DNA of 64,000 nt from Eledone cirrhosa (GCA_964016885.1 OZ024751.1:22940001-23004000), one strand, 5' to 3'; positions 1 to 15,016 are shown, counted from the stretch's first letter. Translations and numbers: made by a program. The notes: a model not told the origin generated them from the sequence alone.

Positions 1-266
1 CTCTATTGCCATTCTGAATGCGAGAGAGAAAGAGTGTGATAGAAAAAAACAAAAGACAGAGAGAGATAGAGGTAGAGAGAGAGAGAGGGCGAGAGAGGGA
101 GAGAGGGGGGGGACGCTAATGTTTCTGGTTACGAAATGTTATCTTGTTATCCCGACATTGTAAAATGTTGAGATACGATAAAGAGGAATCACAGATCGAA
201 GACTGATGTCAAATATATTGAAGTTGTTGATTAGATTTGATTGTAAAAAGTAAATATCTTATTTAA

Positions 267-314
<48 letters not shown>

Positions 315-446
315 AACTACAACAACAACTACAACAACAGCAACTACAACAACAGCAACTGCAATAACAACAACAACTACATCAACAACAACAACTACAT
401 CAACAACAATAACAACAACAACAACAACAACAGCAACAACTACATC

Positions 447-478
<32 letters not shown>

Positions 479-584
479 CTACATCAACAGCAGCAACAAC
501 TACATCAACAACAACAACAACAACTACAACAACAACAACTACATCAACAACAATAACAACAACAACAACAGCAACAACTACATC

Positions 585-616
<32 letters not shown>

Positions 617-940
617 CTACATCAACAGCAGCAACAACTACATCAACAACAACAACAACAACTACAACAACAACAACTACATCAACAGCAACTACAACAG
701 CAGCTACTATAACAACAGCATCAGCAACTACAACTACAACAACAGTAACAGCAACAACAGTAACAGCAACAACAACAACAACAACAACTACATCTAATAC
801 AACAACAACAACATCAATTACAACGACAATAACAACAACAACAACAACAACAACAACTACTACTGCTACTATACAGCAACAACAACAACTACTACTACTA
901 CTACAGCAACAACAACAACAACAGCAGCAGCAGCAGCAAC
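267..940. repeat. Compound (ACT)/(ACA)/(AGC) trinucleotide microsatellite
   Basis: Direct reading; explains the poly-V ORF at 231-950. Confidence 0.95.
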
Positions 941-1567
941 ATGTCGTCAAACAAGAATGTTGATTACGTAAAGAATAAAAATTTCATTTCTTTGCTTTCG
1001 TTTTATTTTGTGTTATTTTTGTACTTTTTCCTCTTTTCTTTTCTTTTCTTTTCTTTTCTTTCCTTTTCTTTTTTTTATTCCAGATTGCAATAAACGATAA
1101 ATAAATAAAAGATAAACAACAATAACAAGTATAAATGAAATAAAACAAAAACCAAAAAAAGATGATAATAACAATACATAAAAACGAAAAAAAACAACCA
1201 CAACAAAAAACAATTTCCCAGTTCTCTAATCAGACTAATTTATCAAGCAGGAAGAAAGCAATCGGATTTCAGGTAGAACTGTGCTGGATTTCTCAGCTTT
1301 GGTTAGAAGGGGAAGATAACTGTGCAGATGATAATAAATTAAGGCTTTTAATGGAATAAATACAATCAGGAACGGATTAGAGAAAGAAAATGAGTGTATT
1401 TTTCTCTCCTCTTCTCATCTTGAAAATATGGGATTATAGGAAGCCTGGGGTTTTGTGTTTTTTTTTAAGAAAAAGACTTATTTTAATTAAAGATGTGACA
1501 TACCATCTTCAATGTCTGTAATCCTGGAAAGGGGGTTCGTTTCGCCAGAAATCCTTTTGTTGCCATA

Positions 1568-2073
1568 TACGAAGGTTGACTGAGAAGTTTATTCTGACCA
1601 AGATACTCTCATGGAATGAACAAATGAGGTTTATTTTTCAGTATAGTCCCTGGAAAGAAACAATGCAGTTATTCATCATTAAAAAAAAGAGTTGAAATTA
1701 ATGTATACAAGATTTCACAGCCTTAGCATTAATTCTTCGTAGTCTGACCAAGATACTCTCATGGAATGACCAAATGAAGTTTATTTTTCAATATAGTCCT
1801 TGGAAAGAATCAATGCAGTTATTGATAAAAAGAGTTGAAATTAATGCATGCAAGATTTCACAGCTCTAGCATTACTCCTTCGTAGGCTGACCAAGATACT
1901 CTCAAGAAATGTCCAAATGAGGTTTACTTTTCAACATAGTCCGTGGAAATAAACAATGTAGTTATTAAGAAGAAAAAAAAAAAAGGAGTTGAAAAATTAA
2001 TGCATGCAAGATTTCACAGCTCTAGCATCAATCCGTGATAGTCAGCCTACGAAGTTTTCAGCCGACCCTCGTA
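1568..2073. mobile_element. Mariner-like MITE (family M1) with internal triplication
   Basis: Terminal inverted repeats TACGAAGGTTGACTGAGAAGTT / AAGTTTTCAGCCGACCCTCGTA ending in TA; internal unit starting CTGACCAAGATACTCTC at 1594, 1744, 1887. Confidence 0.8.
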
Positions 2074-2503
2074 TATCTAGAAAAAGTTGTAGACACTAAA
2101 ATATATTTTAATAAAGCCTTCCTTGTTTGGCGCTTCTTCTTCTCTCCACTTTTCCCGTCTAAAAGGATATTTTAGCAAATTTTCTCGACTATTGTTTGGA
2201 ATGCTCGACCGTGATTATAGTTATTTTATGCGTTTGGGAATCTCACATTTACAAACTATTATAATAGTTAAGAATTCTCTTTTTCATTTTTATTTTTTAA
2301 CATCGTTCTCATTGTAACAATCAGATAAAGAAGCATGCATTAGGCATGGAATCAACTACTACTTGTAATTCTCTTTTTTCTCATCCACTTCTCCTGTTTC
2401 TCCTCTTCATCTTAATAAATGTTTCCTTGTGGTTATTTGGATGGTAGACAGGATTTCTGACGAGGGCCCAATACTGTTACTACATCAGTATACGAAATAT
2501 ATT

Positions 2504-2690
2504 AATTGTTTCTACTTTTGGAACAAAGCCAGCAATTATCCCAGTGTATTACTGGCACTTTATTTTATCGACCCCGTAAGTATGAAAGGCAAAGCTAACC
2601 TCGGTGGGATTTGAACTCAGTCCGTAAAGGGACGTAACTCTATGTTGGAAAGCATGGCGTCCGACCCTCTACTGATACTGCCAATCCACT
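2504..2690 (-). mobile_element. tRNA-derived SINE family A
   Basis: Reverse complement shows TGGCAGTATCAGTAGAG (A-box-like), GAGTTCAAATCCC (B-box), GCCTTTCAT...GGGGTCGATAAAATAAAG core and AGAAACAATTA tail; more than 15 copies in window. Confidence 0.85.
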
Positions 2691-2750
2691 GATGTTTGTG
2701 TTTGTGCGTGTGCATGTGCATGTGCGTGTGCGTGTGCGTTCGTGTGCGTG

Positions 2751-2870
<120 letters not shown>

Positions 2871-3187
2871 ACAACAACAACACAAGTAAATCTATTCCAC
2901 ATTATAATTTAAAAGAACAAAGCTGTTTATGACATGTTGCTAAAAATGAATCCTTGGATTAAGATAAAAACCTTAGCAACGTATTAACTTCTATCAATGA
3001 CTATATAATGTTAATTAAATCTATAGCTAAATCCTATCCATAGCCTTCTCACTCCTGTTGGAGGATTTCCTCCTCGGTTGACTTCCACCACTTTCTATTT
3101 GGTTTTGGTCATGTCAGGGGTGTAACCATACTCATCAGGATTGACCAATTGCGGGTTGGTGAGGCTATTTAACCCATAGTTAATATT

Positions 3188-3415
3188 GGTTTCTGATTTA
3201 GGCACAATGCCAACAATTGGCGAGAGGGGAAAGTCGACTAAATATACCCCAGTGCATTACTGGTACTTTATTTTATCGACCCCGTCAGGATAAAAGGCAA
3301 AGCTAACCTCGGCAAGATGTGAACTGAGATCGTAAAGAACCGAAACTCTATGCCATAAAGCATGCTGTCCGACGCTCCACCGATACTGCCAATACTCCAC
3401 CGATACTGCCAATAC
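3188..3415 (-). mobile_element. SINE family A (long variant)
   Basis: Same core TGGTACTTTATTTTATCGACCCCG...AAAGGCAAAG; short tandem duplication of CTCCACCGATACTGCCAATA in the head. Confidence 0.8.
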
Positions 3416-3464
3416 TCTGCAAGTTTAGTTGGCCTCCTACAATGTTTTATCTCGTAGGCTTCAC

Positions 3465-3590
3465 AGATGATTTCATTTCACAAAACAATGTGAAATGAAA
3501 CGACTTACTTAAAACGCGCCGCCTAGTCCAGCAATTGAAACCACAAACTTATGATTATGAGTCCAACACTCTCACTACTAAGCCACGTGG
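3465..3590 (-). mobile_element. tRNA-derived SINE family B, decayed head
   Basis: Reverse complement CACGTGGCTTAGTAGTGAGAGTGTTGGACTCATAATCATAAG... matches copies at 38744 and 51458. Confidence 0.6.
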
Positions 3591-3663
3591 ATTCACAGAA
3601 GGTGGGATTTACAGGATTTGAAGTCCTATTTTAGAAAGACGAGAGTCAATATTAAAAAACATG

Positions 3664-4080
3664 TTAACCCTTTTGGTACTTTATTTTCAAATAGTCTGTG
3701 ATTTTCAAATAGTCTGTGATTTTCAAATAATTTTCAATATAATCAAGAATTTGGTGGGATTTACTAATGTAATTTTCTCATTAGTAAGTTAGTATTTGGA
3801 ACATAAATTAAAGGTTCTTTCATGAAATTGCAATAGAAGATTTTTAGAGAAACTTAAACACTTTTTTTAAAACATAAAACAGTTTTGTATCATAGATTTA
3901 GAGCCGGTTTCAGGCTTTTTTGGTACTGAATACCACTCATTCTGCCAAGAGTTGCGAACGGCAGATAGTACATATTATCAAGGGGGAAAAAAATCAATGG
4001 AAACATGTTTCTGGTTCTGATATAACGATCGGCTCTTTTCCTTTCTCTCTCTTTTTTTTTTTTTGTATTAAAAGGGTTAA
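3664..4080. mobile_element. piggyBac-type MITE
   Basis: TTAA-CCCTTTTGGTAC ... GTATTAAAAGGG-TTAA (TTAA target plus CCC terminus); related decayed sequence near 16740-17235 (reverse) and 35986-36215. Confidence 0.6.
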
Positions 4081-4099
4081 TCTGCTCTCCCTCCCCCTC

Positions 4100-4169
<70 letters not shown>

Positions 4170-4659
4170 TGAATGAGTGTGTGTGTGTTTCCTTTGTTTG
4201 ACTTTCAATGTTTGGCCATCTTTATCACCCAGCTAAAAATTGTCTAAAAATATTTGCGGCAAGAATAAAGACGATTTTGCTTAGCATCTTTAGAATTTCT
4301 GTCTGTTATGTTTAGAAGGGAAATAGAATCGATATCTGAATCGTAAAGGATGCCAAAAGCCAAAGAATTCAAAAGTCACAAAAGACTAATTGAAATGTCG
4401 GTATTTATTTATGTCCAACGGCAGTAAAAACAATTATTCTCTATTTTACTCTTCTATGTTTATAACTTGTACAACTCTACAACATATCTAGGAAGAATTC
4501 TTATCATTTTCCCTTTAGGCTTGCTGGGATGGTTTGGAGGTTGGTAAGAAAATATCTTATAAGCTAACTTCTACCAATAAACTGGACAGACAGCATAAAT
4601 ACATTTCACAGATATATTATATTTATCACCTCCAGTGTACTGTAGCAAAACCCTGGATA

Positions 4660-4770
4660 CAGACATGGCTGAGTGGTAAAGAAGCTCGCTTGACAACCAT
4701 GAGGTCCTAGATTCGATCTCACTGCGCGTGATTTTAGACAACTGGGGTAGACGGAGAGGAAATTGGCGTA
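4660..4770 (+). mobile_element. tRNA-derived SINE family C fragment
   Basis: ATGGCTGAGTGGTAAAGAAGCTCGCTT...GATTCGATCTCACTGCG head; similar copies near 34080-34240 (+) and 48075-48245 (-). Confidence 0.55.
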
Positions 4771-4935
4771 CTTAAAAGTCTGTTTTAGTCGAAGGCTCAA
4801 CAAGGTTGTGTTTATCCTCGGCTTCCTTACGGTTAAGTGACTGAGAATACAAGACTCTCCCTGGATATGACGCCGGTCTATCGCAAGATTAAGTCTCCAG
4901 CTATTGCTTGTACTCATTCGCAGCTGAATATACTT

Positions 4936-5412
4936 ATGGTGGTGTTGTTAGTATTGTTGTTGGTGGTGGTGGTGATGGTGGTGATGGTGGTATTGTAAGT
5001 GTTGTTAGTAGTGGTATTATTTGTGTTGCTGGTGGTTTTGTTGGTGTTGGTGGTGGTGGTGCTGGTGGTGGTGGTACTGTTAGTGTTGTTGTTGGTGGTG
5101 TTGTTGTTGGTGGTGTTGGTGGTGGTGGTGGTGGTGGTGGTGGTGGTATTGCTAGTGTTGTTGTTGGTGTTGGTGGTGGTGGTGGTGGTGGTGGTGGTAT
5201 TGGTAGTGTTGTTGTTGGTGGTGTTGTAAGTGTTGTTAGTGGTATTGCTAGTGTTGTAGATGGTTTTGTTGGTGTTGTTGTTGTTGGTGGTGGTGTTGGT
5301 GTTGTTGGTGTTGTTGTTGTTGTTGTTGTTGGTGGTGGTGGTGTTGGTGTTGTTGGTGTTGTTGTCGTTGTTGGTGTTGGCATTGTTGGTGGTGATATTG
5401 GTGGAGGTGGTA
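4936..5412. repeat. (GGT)/(GTT) microsatellite
   Basis: Direct reading. Confidence 0.95.
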
Positions 5413-5689
5413 ATTATATATTAATTTATATTATTGCTGTTTTGATTGATGTTTTGTGGGGATTTTTTATATACGACCCCAATACCTAACTGGTACTTTA
5501 TTTTATTGACCCCGAAATATAGCAATGTAAAGTATGCTCCCTGATGAGAGACTTTACAAATGGGGTTATAACATGGGTTATAAAACCTGTGTGCTTTTTA
5601 CAAGAGTCGCAATCGATATAATATCGTATGTCACTTGAAACGAAAATATACTGTAAAAATGTGTATGTGAGAGCATGATTATGTGTATG

Positions 5690-6675
5690 CACGTATGTGT
5701 GTGTGGATGTTTATGTATGCATCAGTATGTGTATGTACGTATGGGTATGTGTGTGTATCTACGTATATATGTATGTGTGTATGTGTGTATGTGTGTGTGT
5801 GTGTATGTGTGAGTGTGTGTATGTGTGAGTGTATGTGTAAGTGTATGTGTCAGTGTTTGTATGTGTGAGTGTATGTGTTAGTGTGTGTGTATATATGAGT
5901 GTGTGTGTGTGAGTGTATGTGTGTGTATGGGTATGTGTGTGTATCTACGTATATATGTCTGTGTGTATGTGTGTATGTGTGAGTGTGTGTATGTGTGAGT
6001 GTATGTGTAAGTGTATGTGTCAGTGTTTGTATGTGTGAGTGTATGTGTTAGTGTGTGTGTATATATGAGTGTGTGTGTGAGTGTATGTGTGTGTATGGGT
6101 ATGTGTGTGTATCTACGTATATATGTCTGTGTGTATGTGTGTATGTGTGAGTGTGTGTATGTGTGAGTGTATGTGTAAGTGTATGTGTCAGTGTTTGTAT
6201 GTGTGAGTGTATGTGTTAGTGTGTGTGTATATATGAGTGTGTGTGTGAGTGTATGTGTGTGTATGGGTATGTGTGTGTATCTACGTATATATGTCTGTGT
6301 GTATGTGTGTATGTGTGAGTGTGTGTATGTGTGAGTGTATGTGTAAGTGTATGTGTCAGTGTTTGTATGTGTGAGTGTATGTGTTAGTGTGTGTATATAT
6401 GAGTGTGTGTGTGAGTGTATGTGTGTGTATGGGTATGTGTGTGTATCTACGTATATATGTCTGTGTGTATGTGTGTATGTGTGTGTGTGTGTAGGTGTGT
6501 GTGCGTATGTATGTATGTGTGCGTGCGTGTAACCATGAAGATATGTGCCTGTTTGCCTGAGCGTGTGTGCGTGGGTGTATTTGAGAGTTTATGTGTGTGT
6601 ACGTGTGTGTGTGTGTGTAAGTGTGTGTATGTGTAGGTGGATCTGAATGTGTGAGTGTATGTGTGAGTGTTTGTA

Positions 6676-6706
<31 letters not shown>

Positions 6707-6870
6707 GTGTGTATGTGTGAGTGTGTGTATGTGTGAGTGTGTGTATATGTGAGTGTGTGTATGTGTGAGTGTGTGTATGTGTGAGTGTGTGTATGTGTGA
6801 GTGTGTGTATATGTGAGTGTGTGTATGTGTGAGTGTGTGTATGTGTGAGTATGTATGTATATGTGTATGA
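5690..6870. repeat. (TG)-derived region containing a ~168 bp higher-order minisatellite
   Basis: Marker ATCTACGTATATATG recurs at 5757, 5943, 6111, 6279, 6445. Confidence 0.85.
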
Positions 6871-6947
6871 GTTAGACCTCATCGCCGTCATCGCCACTAT
6901 CGTTGTCATCATAATCATCGTTACCGTGAAACAGGGATGTTCCCACG

Positions 6948-7017
<70 letters not shown>

Positions 7018-7437
7018 ATTTATCTACATCAGATTTTTTTTTTGCTGTTTTTGATGAATTTCTTGTTGTTGTTGATGTTGTTGTTGTAACTGCTAATGTT
7101 GTTGTTGTAACTGCTGGTGTTGTTGTTGTAACTGCTGGTGTTGTTGTTGTAACTGCTGGTGTTGTTGTTGTTACTGCTGGTGTTGTTGTTGTTACTGCTG
7201 GTGTTGTTGTTGTTACTGCTGGTGTTGTTGTTGATCTTGTTACTGTTGTTGTTGATGCTGTTAATGGCGCTGTTGTTGATGTTGCTGCTGTAGCTGCTGT
7301 TCTTGTTGTTGTTGTTATTACTGGTGTTGTTGTTTTTGTTGATATTGATGCTTTTGCTGTTGATGTTGCTGTTGCTGTTGTTGTTGTTGTTGGTGGTGGT
7401 GGTGTTATTAATGGTGATGTTGTTGTTGTTGTTGCTG

Positions 7438-7637
7438 NNNNNNNNNNNNNNNNNNNNNNNNNNNNNNNNNNNNNNNNNNNNNNNNNNNNNNNNNNNNNNN
7501 NNNNNNNNNNNNNNNNNNNNNNNNNNNNNNNNNNNNNNNNNNNNNNNNNNNNNNNNNNNNNNNNNNNNNNNNNNNNNNNNNNNNNNNNNNNNNNNNNNNN
7601 NNNNNNNNNNNNNNNNNNNNNNNNNNNNNNNNNNNNN
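7438..7637. other. Assembly gap (200 N)
   Basis: Run of N. Confidence 1.
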
Positions 7638-7718
7638 GCATAATTGATTGACAATGCTGTAAAGACCAGAGAGAGAGTGGCTGTGTGTGTGTGTGTTTGT
7701 GTGCGTGTGCGTGTGCGT

Positions 7719-7761
<43 letters not shown>

Positions 7762-7868
7762 TATATATATATAAAGGCCGCATTGAGATCTAACAACGCT
7801 ATCGGCCCCGCCATATACAGGTGGATACCAACATGTGCATCTACACATATAAACATATATATTTATTT

Positions 7869-7958
<90 letters not shown>

Positions 7959-8547
7959 ATATGTATATATGTATATATATATATGTATATATGTATACAT
8001 ACATATATATATATACATATATATATATGTGTGTATTTATATATATACATATATATATATAATATATATATACATATACATATATATATATAAACACATA
8101 TTTATATATATATATATATACACACATATATTTATGTGTGTATATACCATAATGACCAGAGTGTGTTATGCCATTGTACATAAATGGATGTGTATGTGTG
8201 TATATATGTGTATGTATATATATGTGTGTGCGTATATATATATATGAGTATATATATATATATGAGTATATATATATATATATGAGTGTATATATATACA
8301 TATAGATATGTATACGTGCGTGGGTGTATGGTGGTGGTCGTGGTGTGAATTTTACGATCTGTTTACTAAGTTTATATCGATAAACTGGGCATTTCTTTCA
8401 AATACATACACAGATATACACTTATACACATATATACACATACATACACTTGTAGATACATATATATACGCATGCATATACACATATATACACATACATA
8501 CGCTTGCAGATACACATATATACACATATATACGCTTGCAGATACAC

Positions 8548-8614
<67 letters not shown>

Positions 8615-9780
8615 ATATATACACATACATAATACATATATATATTGTTATATATTGTTATATATTGTTATATTTGGGGATGGCCATGTTACCAATATTG
8701 ACAATAGAATCACGCGCACCATATAATTTTCACGTTATCTTTATCTTTATTGTTCGTTAGTCAATCGTTTGTCAAAGTTTTTCGTCACACATTATGTGGC
8801 CTCTTCAATGATTATCTGTTTTGTGCTTCCTCTTCTTTCTGGTCTTAGGCTTCTACTCTATCTTTTCTTTTTTTGTGTGATACGGTTTTCGTAATTTGTC
8901 TCTCTGTGTGTATGTGTATCTATACGCTTTGTGTGTCTGTATTGTGTGTGTATTGTGTGTGTATGTGCTGCCTGTGTCTCTTTGTATGTATGTATGTATG
9001 TATGTGTGTGTGTATGTAAGAGTGTAAGTTGTGTATGTTGTGTGTATATGTGTGTGTATTTGTACTGAGATATCAGTAGAGTACCTTGCGGTATTTAGTT
9101 TCGCCCCAACCCCTTCTTTTTTCCAAATCCCTTCAATATCAAGTTTTACTCCAACTTCGATAGTATGAATTCGCAGACATAACACAGACATCGATTCAAC
9201 TGATCGATCGATCGCTCAATCGATCTGTATTGATACCATTTCGTGCCTTGTGCGACATCTAAGAAATCAATGTTGCCATTTTATTTATTCATTTGTATAT
9301 GTGCGTATGTATGTATGTATATGTATATGAATAGGTGTGTATGGATTTATGTGTATGTGAATAGGTGTGTATGGATGTATGTGTATGTAAATATGTGTGT
9401 ATTGATGAATAGGTGTGTGTTACTGTGTGTAACATCTACTAGAGCATGGACAGTAGAAAGTGCTGGACTTACTTATAAGCTAAATAAGATAGAGTTTAGG
9501 GCCACATGCACTCTGAAGTCACATGTTTTTTTTTAATATATTATTTTACCATTAGTTTTTATTCTTTAAAACTAAATCATCAAAAATTATATATATATAT
9601 ATTTTTTTTTATCTAAACACATTTTTATCTAAACACATTTTTTCCAATTCGAACCCACCCATCCCTTCAATCTTTCTAATTTCTCATTCTTTCTTCTGAT
9701 GAAGGACTAGCGTGCTATTTCAAGCATTAACCTAATATATTCCTTCCATATACTGTATCGATTGTGTTATTTCTGTTGAC

Positions 9781-9842
<62 letters not shown>

Positions 9843-9846
9843 TATA

Positions 9847-10038
9847 TAGGAACCAGTAAGACCCCGACAGCTGAGCTCAAGCCGTTTCGACGGAGTCCAG
9901 AATTAGCCGTCGAAACGGCTTGAGCTCAGCTGTCGGGGTCTTACTGGTTCCTATTACCCACTCTACTACCTCAAGTATTGAGTACTTTGGTGCGTTATGG
10001 TCCACCTGGTTCCTTACCACATTTCACATTTCCTTCGT

Positions 10039-10040
<2 letters not shown>
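9847..10040 (+). mobile_element. Fold-back Penelope-like terminal relic, family PalA, in (TA)n
   Basis: Inverted arms TAGGAACCAGTAAGACCCCGACAG...CGACGG / CCGTCG...CTGTCGGGGTCTTACTGGTTCCTA, then an ~85 nt unique tail ending CCTTCGTT; contains hammerhead 3' half GAAAC-stem III-GTC. Confidence 0.75.
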
Positions 10041-10083
<43 letters not shown>

Positions 10084-10108
10084 AAAAGATCAACAGAAAT
10101 ATATATAT

Positions 10109-10172
<64 letters not shown>

Positions 10173-10394
10173 TTATTCTTTATCATTAATATTAATATAA
10201 AAAATAATAATCATGTATACATTATTTTTATTTTTTTTACCTGAATTTTTATAGAGGAGGGCCTCAAATTTCATATAGCTATGGCCCTGGCCAGATGAAA
10301 GTCCGGCCCGGAGAGAATAGAACATTTAAATGTCTTACATCCAATATTTAAAGCAAGGTTTATCAAACTGTTTACTTAAGAGACATTTGTATCG

Positions 10395-10525
10395 ATCAAA
10401 TCGATCAACAAGATCCCAGACCTCATTTGCGTACTGCGTGGGGGTGGAACTCTTCTAATCAGACCAAGGAAACAATGTTTCCATGATCTTTCCATTGCTG
10501 ATACTATCTAACAGTCACAACTCCT
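10395..10525 (+). repeat. Unclassified dispersed repeat
   Basis: ATCAGACCAAGGAAACAATG...CCATTGCTGATACTATCTA also at ~50830-50950 (+) and decayed at ~52475-52540 (-). Confidence 0.7.
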
Positions 10526-10684
10526 GGTGGGATATAGCAGGATTTATTTCCTATTCACAAACAAATCAAGTGAATATAAAATTGCAAACAAGGTCGACGC
10601 ATCAGCTTTTATTCACCCCTGTCAGTCTATACAGATTACTTTGTGAAGCCTTGATTTAGACACTTCACCCTACGTACTAAATTG

Positions 10685-10774
<90 letters not shown>

Positions 10775-11223
10775 CGAACTGCATAAAACCTTTTGTATTT
10801 TCATTGGTCAATTTTGTTCCCAAACGGACCTGAAATTTTGAATTGTTGTTATTATCAATAAATATATTTCATTATTTATGTGTGTTTGGTATGTATATTT
10901 AATCTTGATAGTTTGTATAATTTTGTATAATTTTGTACATAGATCTGTTGAATATGCATGCCAATTCTAACACATATATATCCTAGAAACGATCGTTAAA
11001 TAATGAACTTTTTTTGTTTAATATAAGGAACTGTTTCATTGTTTTATTCATTATTTGTTTAATATTTTATCTTGACTCTGTATACCGTTTATCTTTCACC
11101 GAAAGTGATTTTTCATTACATCTCTTCTTTCCATGATATCCGGAATACATTGAGTTCTTCATACGGATTGGACACTACCGTAAACTCTTGGTAGATTTAT
11201 CTACATATATATATATATATATA

Positions 11224-11827
11224 TACTAGCCGAATTATTCGCGCCTTGCTGCGTTTCACATATTTTTTTTTTTTTTTTAAGAAAATGATGATTGATTTTG
11301 AATCAGTGATATAATTTATGGAGAAAAACTCTGCATTTCTATATTACTCAATGTAAAATGTAATGCATGAAAAGTTGGAAAACATTATTTATTTCAAATC
11401 CCGCCGAGGTTAACTTTGCCTTTCATCCTTACAGGGTCGATAAAATAAAGTACCAGTAATACACTGCCAAAAAGTAGAAAGAATTATTTATTGTAATATA
11501 TCAAATCAAACTTACATTATTAAATCTTATTCTTATTTTGTTTCTTGTAAATAATTTTTTTCAAAATATCAATTCAAAACTTTTGTGAATAGGCATCATA
11601 TCTTGTCATTTACCTATGGTTTAAATTTCATATAAATCGAAGGGAAAATATTTTCAGCGGAGGTTTGTACCCCCGTGGAACCCTTTCACTAAAATGGAAT
11701 ATAGTTATCCAAGTATCCTGGGCAATGTAGTTTCAGAATATATATTGTTACGGGGGGGGGGGGGGTGTCTATCTCCAAAAACATAGGACGAGTTCGTGAA
11801 CAAACAAACAAGCAGAAAGGAACTATA

Positions 11828-11835
<8 letters not shown>
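11224..11835 (-). mobile_element. Non-autonomous Helitron-like element with nested SINE A fragment (~11393-11487)
   Basis: Minus-strand 3' end ...CGCAGCAAGGCGCG-AATAATTCGG-CTAG(T) (small GC hairpin plus CTAG); (ACAA)n and CTTTATATA at the other end, as in Lep1/HINE-type elements. Confidence 0.5.
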
Positions 11836-11908
<73 letters not shown>

Positions 11909-12036
11909 CATTAATAAAGATGCTGATGTTACAAAAATCGTTTATTCATTATAATTATTTCAACTGTTCTCCCATGCAATCAAGATGTAATTCATGCATT
12001 TGTTGTTGTTATGAGAACGACATCCTCAGATGAAAG

Positions 12037-12071
<35 letters not shown>

Positions 12072-12811
12072 CTATAGATGCGATTAGCAGCCATATCGAG
12101 CAGCAACATATAATTTATCACTCCGGTCCTAGGCAGAACGAAAACCTGTTGATAAACTGAATCCTCCGTTCGATCACCAATACCATGAGCTTGCCATTCA
12201 CGTAAGTCTGATATTTGATTTCGGATTCAAAGAAACACTTTAAACGATTGTTCGTTTGATTTGTCCAGGTGTACTTTTCTCAACCTGATTAGTTCTATCG
12301 TTACTTTGGTATGTATTGTGTGTTAGTTTCGCTTACCACAATGTTCGATTTGTCAAGCTATTTAAACGGATGTTATTACTCTGAGGTCCTATCTTATCGA
12401 GTGCTTTGCTAACTCATCATTTCATATAAGTAGGCCGAATTTACTTGCAAATCGCCAGAGATTCGATTTTACTGATTTCCAATTATATATATATATATAT
12501 ATATACAAAAAGGAAATGGAAACAACAAAGTAAGCAATATCACAGTACAATGAAGAAATATATTAATAATAATAGCTTAAGAAAATTAAGTAAAATAGAC
12601 GTAGTGATAGAAATAATAGGGCAGCTGCCATTACGGAGAATCGAACTCAGTATTTCTAGATCTTCTCTAATGGCTGCTGGGTACCTTTTTCTGTCCTTAA
12701 GGTATATTACTCGGTTTTCTAAAAGCTATTATTTATAGCAATCGACTGTTGTTACAGTTATTTTCCGCATTTGGATTATCACATTTCGAATACCTAACCT
12801 ATCTAGCTAAA

Positions 12812-12869
<58 letters not shown>

Positions 12870-13238
12870 CGTTATTACAAGCAGAATCCTCTGTACTCTA
12901 AGTTTCATGGTGCAGATTCTACAAACGATATGAATCGTTTGTATATCCGGTAGCGTAAAGTAAACTTAGTTAACAAACGCATCCGTGCATGCATATATAT
13001 ATATATGTGTGTGTTTGTGTGTGCGTATGTGTGTGTGTGTTTATGTGTGTGTATGTGCTTCTCCCTCTCTCTCTTTCTATACACACACACGCACACACAC
13101 ACACATAGGCAAGGAATGAAAAGTAATGTTGCGAGAGAACGAAGATTTAGTTCAAAGAACCTATTTTATAAATATATATAAATATGTATGTATATATATA
13201 TATATGTATATATATATGTATATATATATGTATATATA

Positions 13239-13293
<55 letters not shown>

Positions 13294-13306
13294 ATATATA
13301 TATATG

Positions 13307-13411
<105 letters not shown>

Positions 13412-13428
13412 ATATATATATATATATT

Positions 13429-13475
<47 letters not shown>

Positions 13476-14331
13476 CCCTTTTAAGTTCTTTTTCGGTTGC
13501 AGGTAAAATTCTAGCTGGTAATAGTTATAAAACGTTAGATTGTATTGGCTATTGACTATAGACGATCGATCAATGTTTAACCTAGTTTCACCATCTACCT
13601 GTGAGCTACACTTCGATTTTTACCTGTATCTAATGAATTAGATTGGATATGATAATCAATATTACTAGTTTAGGTCAGGTATGCTACAGGTCATTGAGTG
13701 GGCGTCATGTCGTTAAGTAAGATGTGCTCATATATATTCATTATACATACATTATAGATATATATGTATGTGTATATGTATCTATACATGTATTTATCTA
13801 TGTATGTATTTATCTATTTATTTATGTATATATGTATACATGAATTTATGCATGTATGTATGTATCTATGTATGAATGTATGTATCTAAGTGTGAATGTA
13901 TGTATTTTTGTATGTATGCATGCATATATATTTCTGAATGCATGTATGTACGTATGTATGTGTATGTGAATGTATGTTTTTATGTGTATCTATGCATGTA
14001 TATTTATTAATGTATGTATGTGTGTACTACGTGTGAGTATGTATGTATATGTGTGTATGTATGCTGCAAAATCTGCTTCTCCTCATTAGCAAACAATCTC
14101 TCTAGCTCTCTCTCTCTGTCTCTCTCTCTCTTTGTCTCATATATATATATATATATGTATATATAAATATATACATATATATATACATCCCTCATATACA
14201 TACATACACACGCCCACACATACAGATACAAATAGACGCTCTTACACAGGTTAACAGAAGTAACTACACACGCTAACATACACAGTTAATCAGGTATAGG
14301 TAAACTCACACACCTACACATCTACATATGT

Positions 14332-14379
<48 letters not shown>

Positions 14380-14454
14380 ACACAAAGAGTAACATTGACA
14401 TTTTCAATCACATCTTGCACAAGAACACCTATAAACTCTTTCACATTCTCTCAA

Positions 14455-14647
14455 TCTCACTCTTTCTTCTCTCTCTTTCTCTCACTCTCTTTTTTTGTTC
14501 ACTCTCTTTCTCCCTGTTTCTCTCTCTCTCTCCTTCCTTCTATCTCACTCATTCTCTCTCTCTCCCTCCCCTCTCTCTTTCTCTCACTCTCTTTTTTTTC
14601 ACTCTCTTTCTCCCTGTTTCTCTCCCTCTCTCCTTCCTTCTATCTCA

Positions 14648-14721
<74 letters not shown>

Positions 14722-14791
14722 CTCTCTCGCTCTCTCTCTCGCTCACTCCCTTTCTCCCTGTTTCTCTCCCTCTGTCCTTCCTTCTATCTCA

Positions 14792-14846
<55 letters not shown>

Positions 14847-14893
14847 ACTCCCTTTCTCCCTGTTTCTTTCCCTCTCTCCTTCCTTCTATCTCA

Positions 14894-14960
<67 letters not shown>

Positions 14961-15016
14961 ACTCCCTTTCTCCCTGTTTCTCTCCCTCTCTCCTTCCTTC
15001 TATCTCACTCATCCCC

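Noticed and set aside
1200-1380. Unique sequence as a possible host exon (also 35520-35800, 42900-43150)
   Set aside because: No recognisable protein motif or convincing splice pair
12205-12270. Hammerhead-like CTGATA-TTTGA...TCAAA-GAAAC...GTC
   Set aside because: Core lacks one G and stem I does not pair; at most a dead relic
12565-12735. Diverged inverted arms ATAATAGCTTAAGAAAA / TTTTCTAAAAGCTATTAT
   Set aside because: Short and AT-rich; may be an old fold-back insert but chance cannot be excluded
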